This document shows positions 63,219 to 64,000 of a stretch of 64,000 nt of DNA, in pieces. The position numbers and the translations under genes are program-made. Source of the stretch: Eledone cirrhosa (taxonomy: Eukaryota). Position 1 is the first letter of the stretch; each line of letters opens with the position of its first letter. The notes beneath the pieces were generated by a model, which saw only the letters and a program-made list of their open reading frames with translations, did no database searches and had not been told where the DNA came from. The DNA is taken from contig OZ024741.1 of NCBI GenBank assembly GCA_964016885.1, positions 200,384,001 to 200,448,000 of the forward strand, given 5' to 3'.

Positions 63219-64000
63219 TTGGTGGTGTTGTTGTTGGTGGTGTTGGTGGTGGTGTTGTTGGTGGTGGTGGTGTTGGTGGTGGTGGTGGTGTTGGTGGTGG
63301 TGGTGGTGGTGTTGTTGGTGGTGGTGGTGTTGGTGGTGGTGGTGGTGTTGGTGGTGGTGGTGGTGGTGTTGTTGGTGGTGGTGGTGTTGGTGGTGGTGGT
63401 GGTGTTGGTGGTGTTGGTGGTGGTGTTGTTGGTGGTGGTGGTGTTGGTGGTGGTGGTGGTGTTGGTGGTGGTGGTGGTGGTGTTGTTGGTGGTGGTGGTG
63501 TTGGTGGTGGTGGTGGTGTTGGTGGTGTTGGTGGTGGTGTTGTTGGTGGTGGTGGTGTTGGTGGTGGTGGTGGTGTTGGTGGTGGTGGTGTTGGTGGTGG
63601 TGGTGGTGTTGGTGGTGGTGGTGGTGTTGGTGGTGGTGGTGGTGGTGTTGTTGGTGGTGGTGGTGTTGGTGGTGGTGGTGGTGTTGGTGGTGGTGGTGGT
63701 GGTGTTGTTGGTGGTGGTGGTGTTGGTGGTGGTGGTGGTGTTGGTGGTGTTGGTGGTGGTGTTGTTGGTGGTGGTGGTGTTGGTGGTGGTGGTGGTGTTG
63801 GTGGTGGTGGTGGTGGTGTTGGTGGTACAGGTGTTGTTGTTGGTGGTGGTGTTGGTGGTGGTGGTGGTGTTGTTGGTGGTGGTGGTGGTGTTGGTGGTAC
63901 AGTTGTTGTTGTTGGTGGTGGTGTTGGTGGTGGTGGTGGTGTTGTTGGTGGTGGTGGTGGTGTTGGTGGTACAGGTGTTGTTGTTGGTGGTGGTGTTGGT
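63219..64000. repeat. (GGT)n/(GTT)n compound repeat running off the window end
   Basis: Direct reading. Confidence 0.95.

Noticed and set aside
63219-64000. G-rich repeat at the window end as a possible telomere
   Set aside because: It is GGT/GTT trinucleotide, not TTAGGG; no evidence of a chromosome end

Overview
Eukaryotic, AT-rich, microsatellite-dense DNA made almost entirely of transposable elements. No host protein-coding gene is supported. The SINE/RTE/Penelope repertoire suggests a cephalopod such as Octopus (inference). The centrepiece is a ~30-kb retrotransposon array (29068-59195) inside an (AAT)n site in a hammerhead-bearing Penelope-like repeat. It holds four full-length, head-to-tail Tx1/L1-clade LINEs on the minus strand (two ORF1/5'UTR types sharing a near-identical ORF2; copy 2 intact), then two 5'-truncated R4/Dong-type RLE LINEs on the plus strand, each unit separated by pure (AAT)n. 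In all five Tx1 ORF1/ORF2 junctions in the window, a GT(A/T)RGT-type splice donor sits on the ORF1 stop position. A pyrimidine tract and YAG acceptor follow 52-54 nt downstream, and splicing would fuse ORF1 to ORF2 exactly in frame. The rest comprises Penelope-like fragments with many minimal hammerhead ribozymes, a retrozyme-like element, RTE and mariner relics, tRNA-derived SINEs, non-autonomous Helitrons, foldback palindromes and simple repeats.
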